The position numbers were made by a program, and so were the translations under genes. 30,748 nt of DNA from Candidatus Scalinduaceae bacterium (GTDB lineage Bacteria; Planctomycetota; Brocadiia; Brocadiales; Scalinduaceae): the NCBI GenBank assembly GCA_046759445.1, contig JBHICG010000040.1, positions 1 through 30,748 on the forward strand. The letters run 5' to 3'. How positions within the stretch are numbered: position 1 is the first letter of the stretch; the number at the start of each line of letters is the position of its first letter. Under the pieces are notes generated by a model. It saw nothing but the letters and a program-made list of their open reading frames with translations. It ran no database searches and had not been told where the DNA came from. Below are positions 8,409 to 18,138 of this stretch, piece by piece.

Positions 8409-9904
8409 TTTGAGTTTACGGCAGTAAAAGAATTATACTTAATTGTATAATGTTCGGTATTTGATTGTACCAGTTGTTTAGAAATCTCTCTGTCACATGG
8501 CATTATAAAATCTTTAACATCTTCCCACGCATCAGAAGGAATTTTTTCAATCATCTTTGTTAAAATTGGGAAAATCCCATTTGATGAATTATTACAATAC
8601 ACGTTTACGTACCATGGGAAAGTTCGCTGTAACCTCGAAATAAAGAGATTGTGTTCCTCACCAAAGTCCAGGCAGGTATCATCTGTGAAATTGTCTAAGC
8701 TTTTCATCTTATCGAAATTTATGAAATTCCCTTTCTTACTGATTTCGTAGGCAACTGTCTTTGGAAATGGATAGAAAATAGACCACCTGAACCGACCGGG
8801 TTTTATTGTGCCTAAGAGCTTGATGGTTTCAAAGATGTCTTCTTTGGTTTCATGCGGAAGTCCAAACATGACGAATGCCGAGGTGTGCAAATCATATTTA
8901 TGAGCACATTCAAAGGCATGAATTATCTCTTTATTTGTCATTGGACGATTCAGTATTTCTCGCCGAATCCTTTCGCTCCCGCTTTCCAGGCCGAACTTAA
9001 CAATTATACATCCCGCTTCTTTCAGCATTTTTGCCCTGTCCTCATCAAATGCCCTGGCATGAGCATTAACAACGAAGGGTATTTTTACAGTATTTCCATA
9101 CCTATCACAGAATTCCCTTAGATATGTCTTGTTAGAAGTAAATATGTCATCATCAAATACAAATGTTGTGATGTCTTTATAATTAGTGAGTAAAAAATTT
9201 ATTTCCTCAATCACTTCATCAACATCATGTCTTCTTATGTAATTAATGTCTTTAAAGGAACGGCCAGTTTCATTCTTATAGCGGTCTGCAATAGAGTGAT
9301 TAAAGCAATATGTGCATTTGAATGGACAGCCCCTTGACGTCATCAAACGAACCCAACCATCTTCCGCATTTATCATATCTTGAAAGTCAAAGATGTCGTA
9401 GTCCTTTCTTGGTAACTTAGATAATTCCGGCAAGGGTCTAACCTTATTTGAAATTGTTTTCCCATTATCCTTCGACCAAATATTAGCAATGTGTTTAGTA
9501 TCAGCGCCTTTTTCGAGGTTGGAGGCTAATTCCAAAACTGCCTCTTCACCTTCTCCTACGCAAACATAGTCAAAACAGTCTTCCTTTATAACCTCTTCTG
9601 GAACCATGGTGGCATGAACCCCACCACAGACAATGGATATATCACAAAAACTCTTAATAAGCTTTGCTACTTTCAGGGCATATTGGTATTGAGGGGTAAC
9701 TACCGAAAACCCGATTAAGCGTGGTTCGAATTCTTCTATTATTTTCTGTATTTCCTTGTCTTCAGGTAATCTGGCTAATTTTTCGTTTAAGTTTATTAAT
9801 CTCGTAGTATGCCCATGTTTTCTTAGTAGTGCAGAGATAAAGGCAACTCCAAAATTAAAACCGACTTGAGCGTTAATATTAGGGTATATAAGAAGAATTT
9901 TCAT
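8396..9904 (-). CDS. B12-binding domain radical SAM protein
   Basis: N-terminal cobalamin-binding fold (IGFS, GGVHAT, VGEGE), SRGCPFKCTYC, DDDIF, GLESGS, MFGLPHET. Confidence 0.93.
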   Translation of the reverse strand: MKILLIYPNINAQVGFNFGVAFISALLRKHGHTTRLINLNEKLARLPEDKEIQKIIEEFEPRLIGFSVVTPQYQYALKVAKLIKSFCDISIVCGGVHATMVPEEVIKEDCFDYVCVGEGEEAVLELASNLEKGADTKHIANIWSKDNGKTISNKVRPLPELSKLPRKDYDIFDFQDMINAEDGWVRLMTSRGCPFKCTYCFNHSIADRYKNETGRSFKDINYIRRHDVDEVIEEINFLLTNYKDITTFVFDDDIFTSNKTYLREFCDRYGNTVKIPFVVNAHARAFDEDRAKMLKEAGCIIVKFGLESGSERIRREILNRPMTNKEIIHAFECAHKYDLHTSAFVMFGLPHETKEDIFETIKLLGTIKPGRFRWSIFYPFPKTVAYEISKKGNFINFDKMKSLDNFTDDTCLDFGEEHNLFISRLQRTFPWYVNVYCNNSSNGIFPILTKMIEKIPSDAWEDVKDFIMPCDREISKQLVQSNTEHYTIKYNSFTAVNSKWDK

Positions 9905-9910
9905 AGTATT

Positions 9911-9979
9911 GAGGGATTGCGAATTTAGGAATTGTGAATTGAGGAATCTCCTTAATTCCTTAATCCCTGAATTCCCCTC
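9911..9979. repeat. inverted repeat of 7-8-bp periodic units (GGAATTGA-like), copy 1
   Basis: GAGGGATTGCGAATTTAGGAATTGTGAATTGAGGAAT..TTAATTCCTTAATCCCTGAATTCCCCTC; similar element at 22578-22637. Confidence 0.7.
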
Positions 9980-10030
9980 TTACAGAGCCTACTTTCGGCA
10001 ATTCTTAAATTTTAATTTTTTGCCTTCTGA

Positions 10031-10065
10031 TTAAGGCTGTTCTCTGAACCGCACAACAGTCTTAA
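10031..10065. repeat. short inverted repeat (11-bp arms)
   Basis: TTAAGGCTGTT-N13-AACAGTCTTAA, 10/11 match. Confidence 0.5.
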
Positions 10066-10182
10066 ATAGGTCAAAAAATTTTATTAAGGTACTATCTGTA
10101 TTTCTCTATTTCAATATTATATTTACGTTGACATAATAACTGAACTGTCATATGTTTACAATAATAATTTATCAAAGATCTG

Positions 10183-10223
10183 TATTATATTACTGCGTTT
10201 AGGCAGTCTAATCTATGTTAGCT
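10183..10223 (+). other. attI-like site preceding the PIN gene
   Basis: ATTATATTACTGCGTTTAGGCAGTCTAATCTAT-GTTAGCT; GTTAG (10217) is complementary to CTAAC at 11692-11696 after the gene; ATG follows at 10240. Confidence 0.4.
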
Positions 10224-10239
10224 TTCTTTATGATAGAAA

Positions 10240-11614
10240 ATGAAAAACTCTTACAAAGGTTTTAGACAATTATCGGAAGCAGATTTTAAGAGCCTTTGGA
10301 AAACAGCGGTGTTTGTCTTTGATGCAAATGTTCTCTTAAATTTATATCGATACCAGAGTCCAACAAGAGATGATCTGTTAAAAGTTCTTGAGAAGCTGGA
10401 TGATAGGATTTGGATTCCTTATCATGTAGGTCTTGAATTTGAGCGAAACAGATTGATAGTAATAGCAGACCAGAAAAGAAGGTTCTCAGAAGTTAGAAAA
10501 ACCGTTGAAAAGTCAAAAAATAATCTAATTGCAGAGCTGGAGGAATTTTCAACTAAGCAAGCGACATTCATCAATAAATCCAGCGAAACTTGTAGAAGGG
10601 TATGAACAACTAACGAAAGAATTTCTCAATAATCTTGATAAATTGCAGAAAAAGCAGCAAGACCTTACAGATTCCGACCCATTAAGAGAGAAAGTAGAAA
10701 ATCTTTTCGATGGTCGTGTCGGTAGCCCACCAGCAAATCAGGAAATTATAGATAAAATAAACGAAGAAGGAGAAAAACGTTTCGCTCACAAAATTCCTCC
10801 CGGTTTTGAAGATGGTGGCAAAGGTAAAGAAGAAGCAGATGAATTCTTGTGGGGTGGAATATTATATAAAAGAAAATATGGTGACCTTATAATCTGGAAA
10901 CAGATACTTGCTTACGCAAAGAGTTCAAGTATCAAATCTCTTGTTTTTGTTACTGATGACAACAAGGAGGATTGGTGGCAAATAATAGACTCAGATGGCC
11001 CTAAAACAATTGGACCACGGCCTGAGCTTGCTGATGAAATACTTATAGAGGCAGGTGTTGAGACGTTCTATATGTATAACCCAGGAGGCTTCTTAAAATA
11101 CTCCAAAGAACTTCTTCATACTAAAGTATCGGAGGATACAATCAAAGAAGTCAGGGATATTTCTGTCAGCCGATCTAGTGCTAAAATAAGTGCTAGCGAA
11201 TTTAGACGTATAGCAATATCGGCTGAGAAAGCTGTTTATAGATGGGTGAAACTTCGTCATGAAGTAGTTGAGTATGGCCGATATTTATCTCCTAACATTA
11301 TTGCTAGAAGCGTGGATAATAAATATGGGTTCTTTGTAAAGCTTGTGCGAAATCCAAACACATTGGAAATTCCTTTACTAAAACTGATGTATCAATCTGA
11401 ATATCTTATCAAAGAGGAAGACTTTGACGAAATATCTATTGTGCTTGTATTCACTAACATCACATCTATGAATATAGTGACAAAGAATTGTGCAACATTG
11501 ACTGATAAAATGCCTTCAGGTTTAAGAATTGTCATTGGTCTTGGCGAAACAGATAGATCAGGTGACATAATAGACTTCTTCCCTCACGAAGACTTCAGTG
11601 CTGATATAAAATAG
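10240..11614 (+). pseudogene. PIN-like domain (DUF4935-type) protein, frameshifted
   Basis: ORF 10240-10605 has VFVFDANVLLNLYRY and IWIPYHVGLEF; +1 frame ORF continues with IPPGFED, YGDLIIWKQIL, FVTDDNKEDWW; one extra base near 10541-10550. Confidence 0.85.
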
Positions 11615-11689
11615 AAATATTTTCAAGGAATAACAAAACTTGCAGGACAACAATCTATTGATAAATTGAATTCTATTAATGAATCGGAT

Positions 11690-11763
11690 TCCTAACAAAT
11701 CGCTGGACAGACGACTGGGTTTTCGCTGCGCTCCATTTCTGCCAGTGAGCTTGGTCGTTTTAG
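11690..11763 (+). other. attC-like integron recombination site
   Basis: TCCTAAC-AAATCGCTGG...GGGTTTTCGCTGCGCTCC...CCAGTGAGCTTGGTC-GTTTTAG, 74 bp; RBS AAGGAG of the next gene follows directly. Confidence 0.7.
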
Positions 11764-11789
11764 AAAAAATAAAGTAAGGAGATAGTGTT

Positions 11790-12421
11790 ATTAATGACCA
11801 ATGGATGATTCGTGGTAGTGAATTCTCAAACTGCAACTGCGCATTTGGATGTCCGTGCCAATTTAATTCACCATCAACAAACGGTTATTGAGAGGCCATA
11901 GGCAGCGTGCTGATTGAAGAAGGTAACTTTAATGACATTTCTTTAGATGGGCTTTGCTTTGTCATGCTCCTGAAGTGGCCGGGCGAGGTAGCTGAAGGAA
12001 ACGCCAGCAACAGCTTATTATTGATGAGAGCGCCAACCCTGAACAGCGTGAAGCACTACGCAAGATCGCTCATGGCGAATCCACGGCACCGGGAGCGACG
12101 CATTTTTATGTTTATAACAGCACTATGTCTAAGGTGCATGATACCCTTTATGCACCGATAAAGATAAGCATCGATGTAGAAGCAAGACACGCCCACATTA
12201 AAATCGAAGGCCTTGTCGAATCTACAGGTACGCCGCTGGTTGACCCATTTAGCGGTGAGGAGTCCAGAGCGCGAATTCATTTACCAAATGGTTTTGAATA
12301 TACTTATGCAGAGATGGGGGCAGGCACTTCTAAAATAACGGTTGATATTGAACTTGATCTAAACAATAGTTACGGCCAGTTCAATATCCTGCATATGAAT
12401 CAGGATGGTGTTATCCGCTAG
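11790..12421 (+). pseudogene. DUF1326 domain protein, inactivated
   Basis: WMIRGSEFSNCNCAFGCPCQF motif; TGA at 11889-11891 where Cys is expected; one-base loss near 12003-12005; probable ATG-to-ATT change at 11790. Confidence 0.82.
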
Positions 12422-12444
12422 CGACTTGCCAGGATGCTAATTTA

Positions 12445-13212
12445 ATGAAATTAACCAGAGAATTACCCCGTCGTGATGTCATAGCCATTATTATTTCGCT
12501 TGGTGGCATAACCCTGCTGTTATGGCTCTATCTTTTGTCAATGGCCACAAACATGTCCTTGAGCAATGGCATGGCAGCAATGCAGATTCGGCCATGGGAT
12601 GCCGGGTATTTTCTGATGATGTTCCTGATGTAGGCCGTCATGATGGTTGGCATGATGCTGCCTTCAGTCACCCCCATGGTATTGATCTATGCCGCAGTTG
12701 CCAGAAAATCAGCCATGCAGGGTATGCCAGTCGCACCAACTGCTGCCTTTGTTTCTGGGTATATCGCAATGTGGTTTATCTTCAGCCTGTTCGCAACCAT
12801 CGCACAATGGGGGTTGGATCAAGCAGCTCTCTTATCCCCAATGATGGTTTCTAATAGCTTTGGTTTAGGTGCAGTTTTACTAATCGCTGCGGGTATTTAT
12901 CAATGGCTGCCCATTAAAGATAAATGCCTTCACCACTGCCGCTCTCCAGTGCATTTTATTACAACACATTGGCGTCTGGGCTCCACAGGTGCATTCAAGA
13001 TGGGCCTTTCTCACGGCGCGTTTTGCCTCGGGTGCTGTTGGGTTTTAATGAGCTTATTGTTTGTTGTCGGCGTGATGAACATCTTATGGATAGCTGCGAT
13101 TACCCTATTTGTACTGTTAGAAAAGGTGTTGCCTCTTGGGGATGTAGGTGGATGCTTGATGGGCCTGCCGATGATCACGGCAGGTGGGATATTCGCATTT
13201 ATTGGAACATAA
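12445..13212 (+). pseudogene. DUF2182 metal-binding integral membrane protein, internal stop
   Basis: MFLM*AVMMVGMMLPS, AGIYQWLPIKDKCLHHCRSP, CLGCCWVLM, VLLEK; in-frame TAG at 12631-12633 where Trp is expected. Confidence 0.85.
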
Positions 13213-13248
13213 GCAACGCCTATTATCTACCGGGATACAGGAGATTAC

Positions 13249-14241
13249 CTATTGAGGTGATAGTTGTTGAAATACTTTCAACAACCTTGGTGTATTTGCA
13301 TCGAGTGAGTAATGTTTAATAACCTTCTTTCTTCCCTCCATCCCCATTCTCTTCCTGAGGTTATTGTCATTTATCAAGATTTCAAGTTTCTCTATCCATT
13401 CTTCCGGTGTGTCTGCCCAGAAACCATGTACACTATCTTCAACAATCTCCTTATTGATACCAGCCGGGCTGCATACCACCGGAACGCCCGTAGCAAGACA
13501 CTGCAATATTTTCAGACCACACTTCCCGTGTGACCATGGGTCATCTAAGAGTGGCATCAGGCCAATATCAAAACTTTTAATATCTTCTACTTCATCCTTC
13601 TCGTTCCAGAATTTCTTCTCCACAATCATATCTTTACAATCGAAAAAGATATCACATACAATCTTCAATTTTAAATTATTGTGTCTTTTGCCAAGGATTT
13701 CAAATACAGGCTTCATCTTTTCCAGATAATGTATACTTCCATGCGCACCTATCCAGCCTAATGTAATGTAGTCGTTATTCTCTGAATATTCCTTTTGAGT
13801 ATATAAGGTCATGTCGATGGGAGATGGAATGATTGTAATATTATTTGTATATGGCGTTGTATTTTCCTTTAAGTATTCGTTTCCAGCTATTACGTGGTCA
13901 GAGGCATCAATCATATTTTTAAACATCCTGGTTCGTGTATTTGATTGAGGTTTGAGCGCCTTTGAATTGCGGCACATTACGGTGTCATCAAAATCATAAA
14001 CAATTTTCTTTGCATTCTTCCTAATATATTTAAGCCAGGGAATTGGGAATCTTTTTCGCTGTATAAACAGTATGTCGTATTTACTTATTTCCTTGAACAG
14101 TCTTAGTTTTTTAAAGAATCCTTTCGGAAAAGGAGAAACAGTCGATTCTATTCCGTGTTCTTTCAGATACGGAAGATATTGAAGTACCCTGTATCTGCTT
14201 GCGGCCACATCAAGTCCCTGAACTAAGAATAATATCTTCAT
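13249..14241 (-). CDS. glycosyltransferase family 4
   Basis: ASRYRVLQY, VYDFDD, LGWIG, DIGLMPL, GKCGLKILQCLATGVPVVCSP. Confidence 0.92.
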   Translation of the reverse strand: MKILFLVQGLDVAASRYRVLQYLPYLKEHGIESTVSPFPKGFFKKLRLFKEISKYDILFIQRKRFPIPWLKYIRKNAKKIVYDFDDTVMCRNSKALKPQSNTRTRMFKNMIDASDHVIAGNEYLKENTTPYTNNITIIPSPIDMTLYTQKEYSENNDYITLGWIGAHGSIHYLEKMKPVFEILGKRHNNLKLKIVCDIFFDCKDMIVEKKFWNEKDEVEDIKSFDIGLMPLLDDPWSHGKCGLKILQCLATGVPVVCSPAGINKEIVEDSVHGFWADTPEEWIEKLEILINDNNLRKRMGMEGRKKVIKHYSLDANTPRLLKVFQQLSPQ

Positions 14242-14321
14242 ATTTGCAATTATGCTGTTATTTAATGCTATCTAACTCGTTCTAAAGGTCCAGTATTTTT
14301 TATCATATTTTAAGTTGTTAT

Positions 14322-15554
14322 TTATTTAATCCAGTCTTTCTTCTTAATATCTTTGTAAATTTCTCTAGCTGCAATCCTGTGACCTTCAGCATTCCAATGG
14401 CCATCACGAGTAAAATAAAGCTGATTGCCATTTGATGACTCTTCTCTCATTGCAGGTAAAAGGTCCAAGTAGGCTATTTCTAGTTCTTTGCAAAGTTTAG
14501 ATAATTTCCTGTTCGGTTTTTCTATGTCGAAATCTGATGGATCATGGCCATATTTTCTTGCAGTTCTTTCATAAAATTTTTGTGAGACCTGACCTCTTAG
14601 TGGTATAAAAAGCACATAAAGTTTTGCGCCTGCTTTCACGACATAGTCTTTCGTAGTCTTTAAAGTAGCGGCTAATAATTTCCAACCGTATTTTACATCC
14701 TCAGGATCTCTTTTCATACAATAATTTAAGAAACCAAATGCGCGCTTATTTTCAATACCAAAAAACTTAAGTATTCTTGTATAAAGATGTGAACCCTTTA
14801 TAATTTCAGAATAATAATCCCGATAATTGTCTATGAAAGTACAGAGCTGGACGTGGCGAATTAACCAATAGTGTATTCGTCCTCTGATGTTCCTTTTTTT
14901 AGTTGGTGAATATTTTTCTTCGCTTTCTTTTCTGATTGCATCTACTTCTTCTTGACTTTTCATCTTTCCAATTAAGACGAAATTGCCTTTACTATCAAAT
15001 CCCCATTGTGGAGGAGAATCATCGTCTTTTGGATAATAAGCTACAATATCGTTTCCTATGAAAAAACCAAGAAGAACCACATTATGTTCATAATGAAGCC
15101 CTCTAGATATATACGCCTTAAGCTCGCCAGGTGGATCTCCACCTGAACCTCCCATGTTAATAGTTTCAATATTTACATCATATTTTTCCAAAACCTTCAT
15201 ATATATCTGATCATTTTCTACACCATGCCCCCATGTAAAGCTGTCACCTAGCGTAATAATGCGGAACTTGTTTTGAGTGTTTTTTTTGTCGTGATTATAA
15301 TCACGAAATCCTTCGTTATTAAGTGTTATGGTTGTTTTGAATGATCTTGTAGCATATACTCCTTTTTTATTAGGAATTCCTTCAAAACCGATAAAAGGTT
15401 CGTAACGAAAAAAAAGATCTCTTCGCCGAAGATCAGATTGGGGATCAAGAATACGTATTGCCACTTCACAAATTAAAAGACAAATTAAAAAGGTGCCAGC
15501 AAGCGTAACCGCCATAAATAGTCTTTTTTTATTTTTTTCTGTTATGTTTAACAT
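14322..15554 (-). CDS. SGNH/GDSL hydrolase-fold protein (AlgX/AlgJ-like), membrane anchored
   Basis: N-terminal TM, LGDSFTWG, GND, DGHWNAEGH. Confidence 0.85.
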   Translation of the reverse strand: MLNITEKNKKRLFMAVTLAGTFLICLLICEVAIRILDPQSDLRRRDLFFRYEPFIGFEGIPNKKGVYATRSFKTTITLNNEGFRDYNHDKKNTQNKFRIITLGDSFTWGHGVENDQIYMKVLEKYDVNIETINMGGSGGDPPGELKAYISRGLHYEHNVVLLGFFIGNDIVAYYPKDDDSPPQWGFDSKGNFVLIGKMKSQEEVDAIRKESEEKYSPTKKRNIRGRIHYWLIRHVQLCTFIDNYRDYYSEIIKGSHLYTRILKFFGIENKRAFGFLNYCMKRDPEDVKYGWKLLAATLKTTKDYVVKAGAKLYVLFIPLRGQVSQKFYERTARKYGHDPSDFDIEKPNRKLSKLCKELEIAYLDLLPAMREESSNGNQLYFTRDGHWNAEGHRIAAREIYKDIKKKDWIK

Positions 15555-15576
15555 GTTTCAAGCAAAAAATTAAAAA

Positions 15577-16596
15577 CTAAGGCACAGATAGTATGGTATC
15601 AGAACTTAAAGTAAGCTCTACTATTCTTTCTTCAGCAACCACTCGGCGAATTTCCTGTGCAGTGATTTCATGGCCGAACTCTCTGAAGTGGTAGAGATCT
15701 GGAAAATAAATCAGGTTTTCCTCTTCAGAATTGAACTTCTCCTGCAATTTTATGTAAGGAATATTAAATTCTTTTGCCACAGTCTTTAGGCTATCTTGGT
15801 ATTTAGGAATGGTGGGACGTCGTTTTAGGCGCTGTTCTGAGTATGGCGGAATAAGAATTAGGGCTTCCACTCCCGACTTGATGACTTTATTTATCATCTC
15901 TATCATATTATTATGAAACTCTATTATGGGCACACGCGCCCTTGCATCTCTTGATCTCAATTTTCGTAAGAACTTACGATAAAGTATGTCGTTGATGCTC
16001 TCTATTGCTCGCAACAATCGAATGTGGTGCCAGGTTGTATGGAGACGAGCAGCCCTTGCGGGGATATCCGCATCCTTGTAGTAGCGAGCGCGAGTGTGAT
16101 CGTTATTAGCGCCGACGTAAAATACTACTAAATCAGTTTTCATTGGGAGTAACCGATCAAGCATGATTTTGGACTGGTAGGAGCTGTATCCAGGGAGAGC
16201 TCCTATTATATACTCAATCTTAGATTCTGGATTATCCTCGGCGATGAAGCGCGAGGCTCTAGCGGCGAAAGTGTCCTCAAGCTGCACACCCAGTCCCCAG
16301 CAGGTCGAATCTCCGATGAAGAGTATACGGAAGTGTCCTGGTGCCTTCTTGACAGGTAATACTGGTCCCCTCAAACCGTGCTTATTTACCTTAAATCCTG
16401 CTATCTCACTGCCTGGCACTGCGACGAATCCAAGCTTTGGATCAGCGGCTGCGTAATTATTATCCATAACGCAGGCATCGAAATTGGGAAGATCAAATTG
16501 AGTCATAACAACTTCACTGACGATTAGGATGAACACGATAATGACTACGTTCAAGAGAAGTATCTTGGAATGCCAACTAGGAAATATGTAACTCAT
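15577..16596 (-). CDS. SGNH/GDSL hydrolase-fold protein, membrane anchored
   Basis: N-terminal TM, IGDSTCWG, PGYSSYQ, GANND, DLYH..EFGH. Confidence 0.85.
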   Translation of the reverse strand: MSYIFPSWHSKILLLNVVIIVFILIVSEVVMTQFDLPNFDACVMDNNYAAADPKLGFVAVPGSEIAGFKVNKHGLRGPVLPVKKAPGHFRILFIGDSTCWGLGVQLEDTFAARASRFIAEDNPESKIEYIIGALPGYSSYQSKIMLDRLLPMKTDLVVFYVGANNDHTRARYYKDADIPARAARLHTTWHHIRLLRAIESINDILYRKFLRKLRSRDARARVPIIEFHNNMIEMINKVIKSGVEALILIPPYSEQRLKRRPTIPKYQDSLKTVAKEFNIPYIKLQEKFNSEEENLIYFPDLYHFREFGHEITAQEIRRVVAEERIVELTLSSDTILSVP

Positions 16597-16811
16597 CCGT
16601 TGTTTGATTTTCAGTTGTGATACGGACTATTATGCTTTTTCTCATACTAGGGAGAAAGCTACCGTTCACTAAACTAGAAATAATATCTATGAAAACTACA
16701 CAAATCAAGGGAAAACCAGATGTTATGCAAGCGTTAGTAAGATTAGGTTTTCGCTCCAATATGAATTTTACAATAATTGATGGATTTATAAGGAAAAATT
16801 TCAATCATTAA

Positions 16812-18020
16812 CTACTTTGTTGAGGCTATTTTTGAAGTGCTGTCATTAAAAATGTTTTTGTTTATGTTAGAAAGATTTATCACCTCATTGTAAACTTTTA
16901 TAATTTCTTCACAATTTTTCTCTGCAGGATATTTTTCAGCCTTCTTTCGAGCCGCAATTGATACCCTTTGTCTGAATTCATCATCAAAGAAGAGACTTAT
17001 CTTATTTGTTAATGTCTTGTAATCCAAAGGGTCTTTCAAGACAAAACCCTCTATGCCGTCATCAATCACACCGCTTGCTCCATCAAATACAGTTGTAATA
17101 ACAGGTAGGCCACTTGCCAGAGATTCCGTAACAACTAGAGAGCATATATCGTAAAATGTGGGATGTACATAAAGATCAGATGCTGCGTAATATTTCTCAA
17201 TTTCATTCACATATCCCAAAAATACCAAATTTTCCAGGCAATTTAGTTTTTTTGCTAGTTTACGATATGAAGCATTTCTTCCTCTTCCAATAATTAATGC
17301 CTTGAAGTTCTTATGAGACTTTTTAAGCTCTCCCAGTGACTTTATCAGTATGGCAAGACCTTTCCGCTTGAAGTCATTACTTATGTATGAGATTACGAAT
17401 TCTTCACCTATAGATAGTTTTTCTCTTATAATTCTCCGGAATTGTTCTTTATTGGCTGGATTGAATCTTTGAAGGTCCACACCATTATAGATTACCTTTA
17501 TCTTTTGTGGATTGATATTATGGTATTTTATAATGTCATTCTTTTCTATATCAGATATAGCTATAATCCTTGATACATTATTATTTGTATACTGTTTTTT
17601 GTCCAGCCATAAAAGAAAATTCTCCCTGAGGCTAAAAAATCTGATTACGTGTTTAAGGCATCTATAAAAAGGATTTCTTATAGACACGTAATCCTGTTTA
17701 AGCCATGCTTTTTCCACTCCACAGTGTGGGTTAAAGACGTTCATCCCTAATGCTCTACCAACAACATGTATTATGTCAAAATCATTTTTAACTATCTTTC
17801 GTAAGCTATTTATAACGAATGAGATATCTTTAAGAAATTTTGGGTATCTTATAACTGGGATGGTATGGAAATGTATCAGGTTATTACTGTTTTCCCACTC
17901 GTTAGTAAACACATGCACTTCGTGGCCTCTCTCTGTCAATTGATTTGCAAGATTAGCCAGGTATCTTTCTCCTCCACCCTTTGAGGGTATGAATTTGTAT
18001 ATATTTAAGGCTATTTTCAT
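16812..18020 (-). CDS. glycosyltransferase family 4 (WaaG/RfaG-like), paralog 1
   Basis: GGGERY, VIYNGVD, HPTFYDICSLVVTESLASGLPVIT. Confidence 0.92.
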   Translation of the reverse strand: MKIALNIYKFIPSKGGGERYLANLANQLTERGHEVHVFTNEWENSNNLIHFHTIPVIRYPKFLKDISFVINSLRKIVKNDFDIIHVVGRALGMNVFNPHCGVEKAWLKQDYVSIRNPFYRCLKHVIRFFSLRENFLLWLDKKQYTNNNVSRIIAISDIEKNDIIKYHNINPQKIKVIYNGVDLQRFNPANKEQFRRIIREKLSIGEEFVISYISNDFKRKGLAILIKSLGELKKSHKNFKALIIGRGRNASYRKLAKKLNCLENLVFLGYVNEIEKYYAASDLYVHPTFYDICSLVVTESLASGLPVITTVFDGASGVIDDGIEGFVLKDPLDYKTLTNKISLFFDDEFRQRVSIAARKKAEKYPAEKNCEEIIKVYNEVINLSNINKNIFNDSTSKIASTK

Positions 18021-18138
18021 AACAATACTAATAAACCACCTTGTATAAGAATGTACTGTTGCTATTTAAAGAATTTTTCTCTAGATATTTATATACAAGC
18101 ATTATTTATTTGTTCTTAATAGAAAGACTTCGTTTACA

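Noticed and set aside
10538..10553. Programmed frameshift in the PIN gene
   Set aside because: No recognisable slippery heptamer or long homopolymer; the context is a decaying block
11889..11891. TGA at an expected Cys of DUF1326 as selenocysteine
   Set aside because: The same gene has a frameshift and a probable lost start; a one-base nonsense change is simpler and no clear SECIS hairpin is seen
12631..12633. TAG read-through or recoding in DUF2182
   Set aside because: TGG to TAG is a single transition; TAG ends intact genes elsewhere in the window (e.g. 2705, 7266) and the neighbours are also pseudogenes
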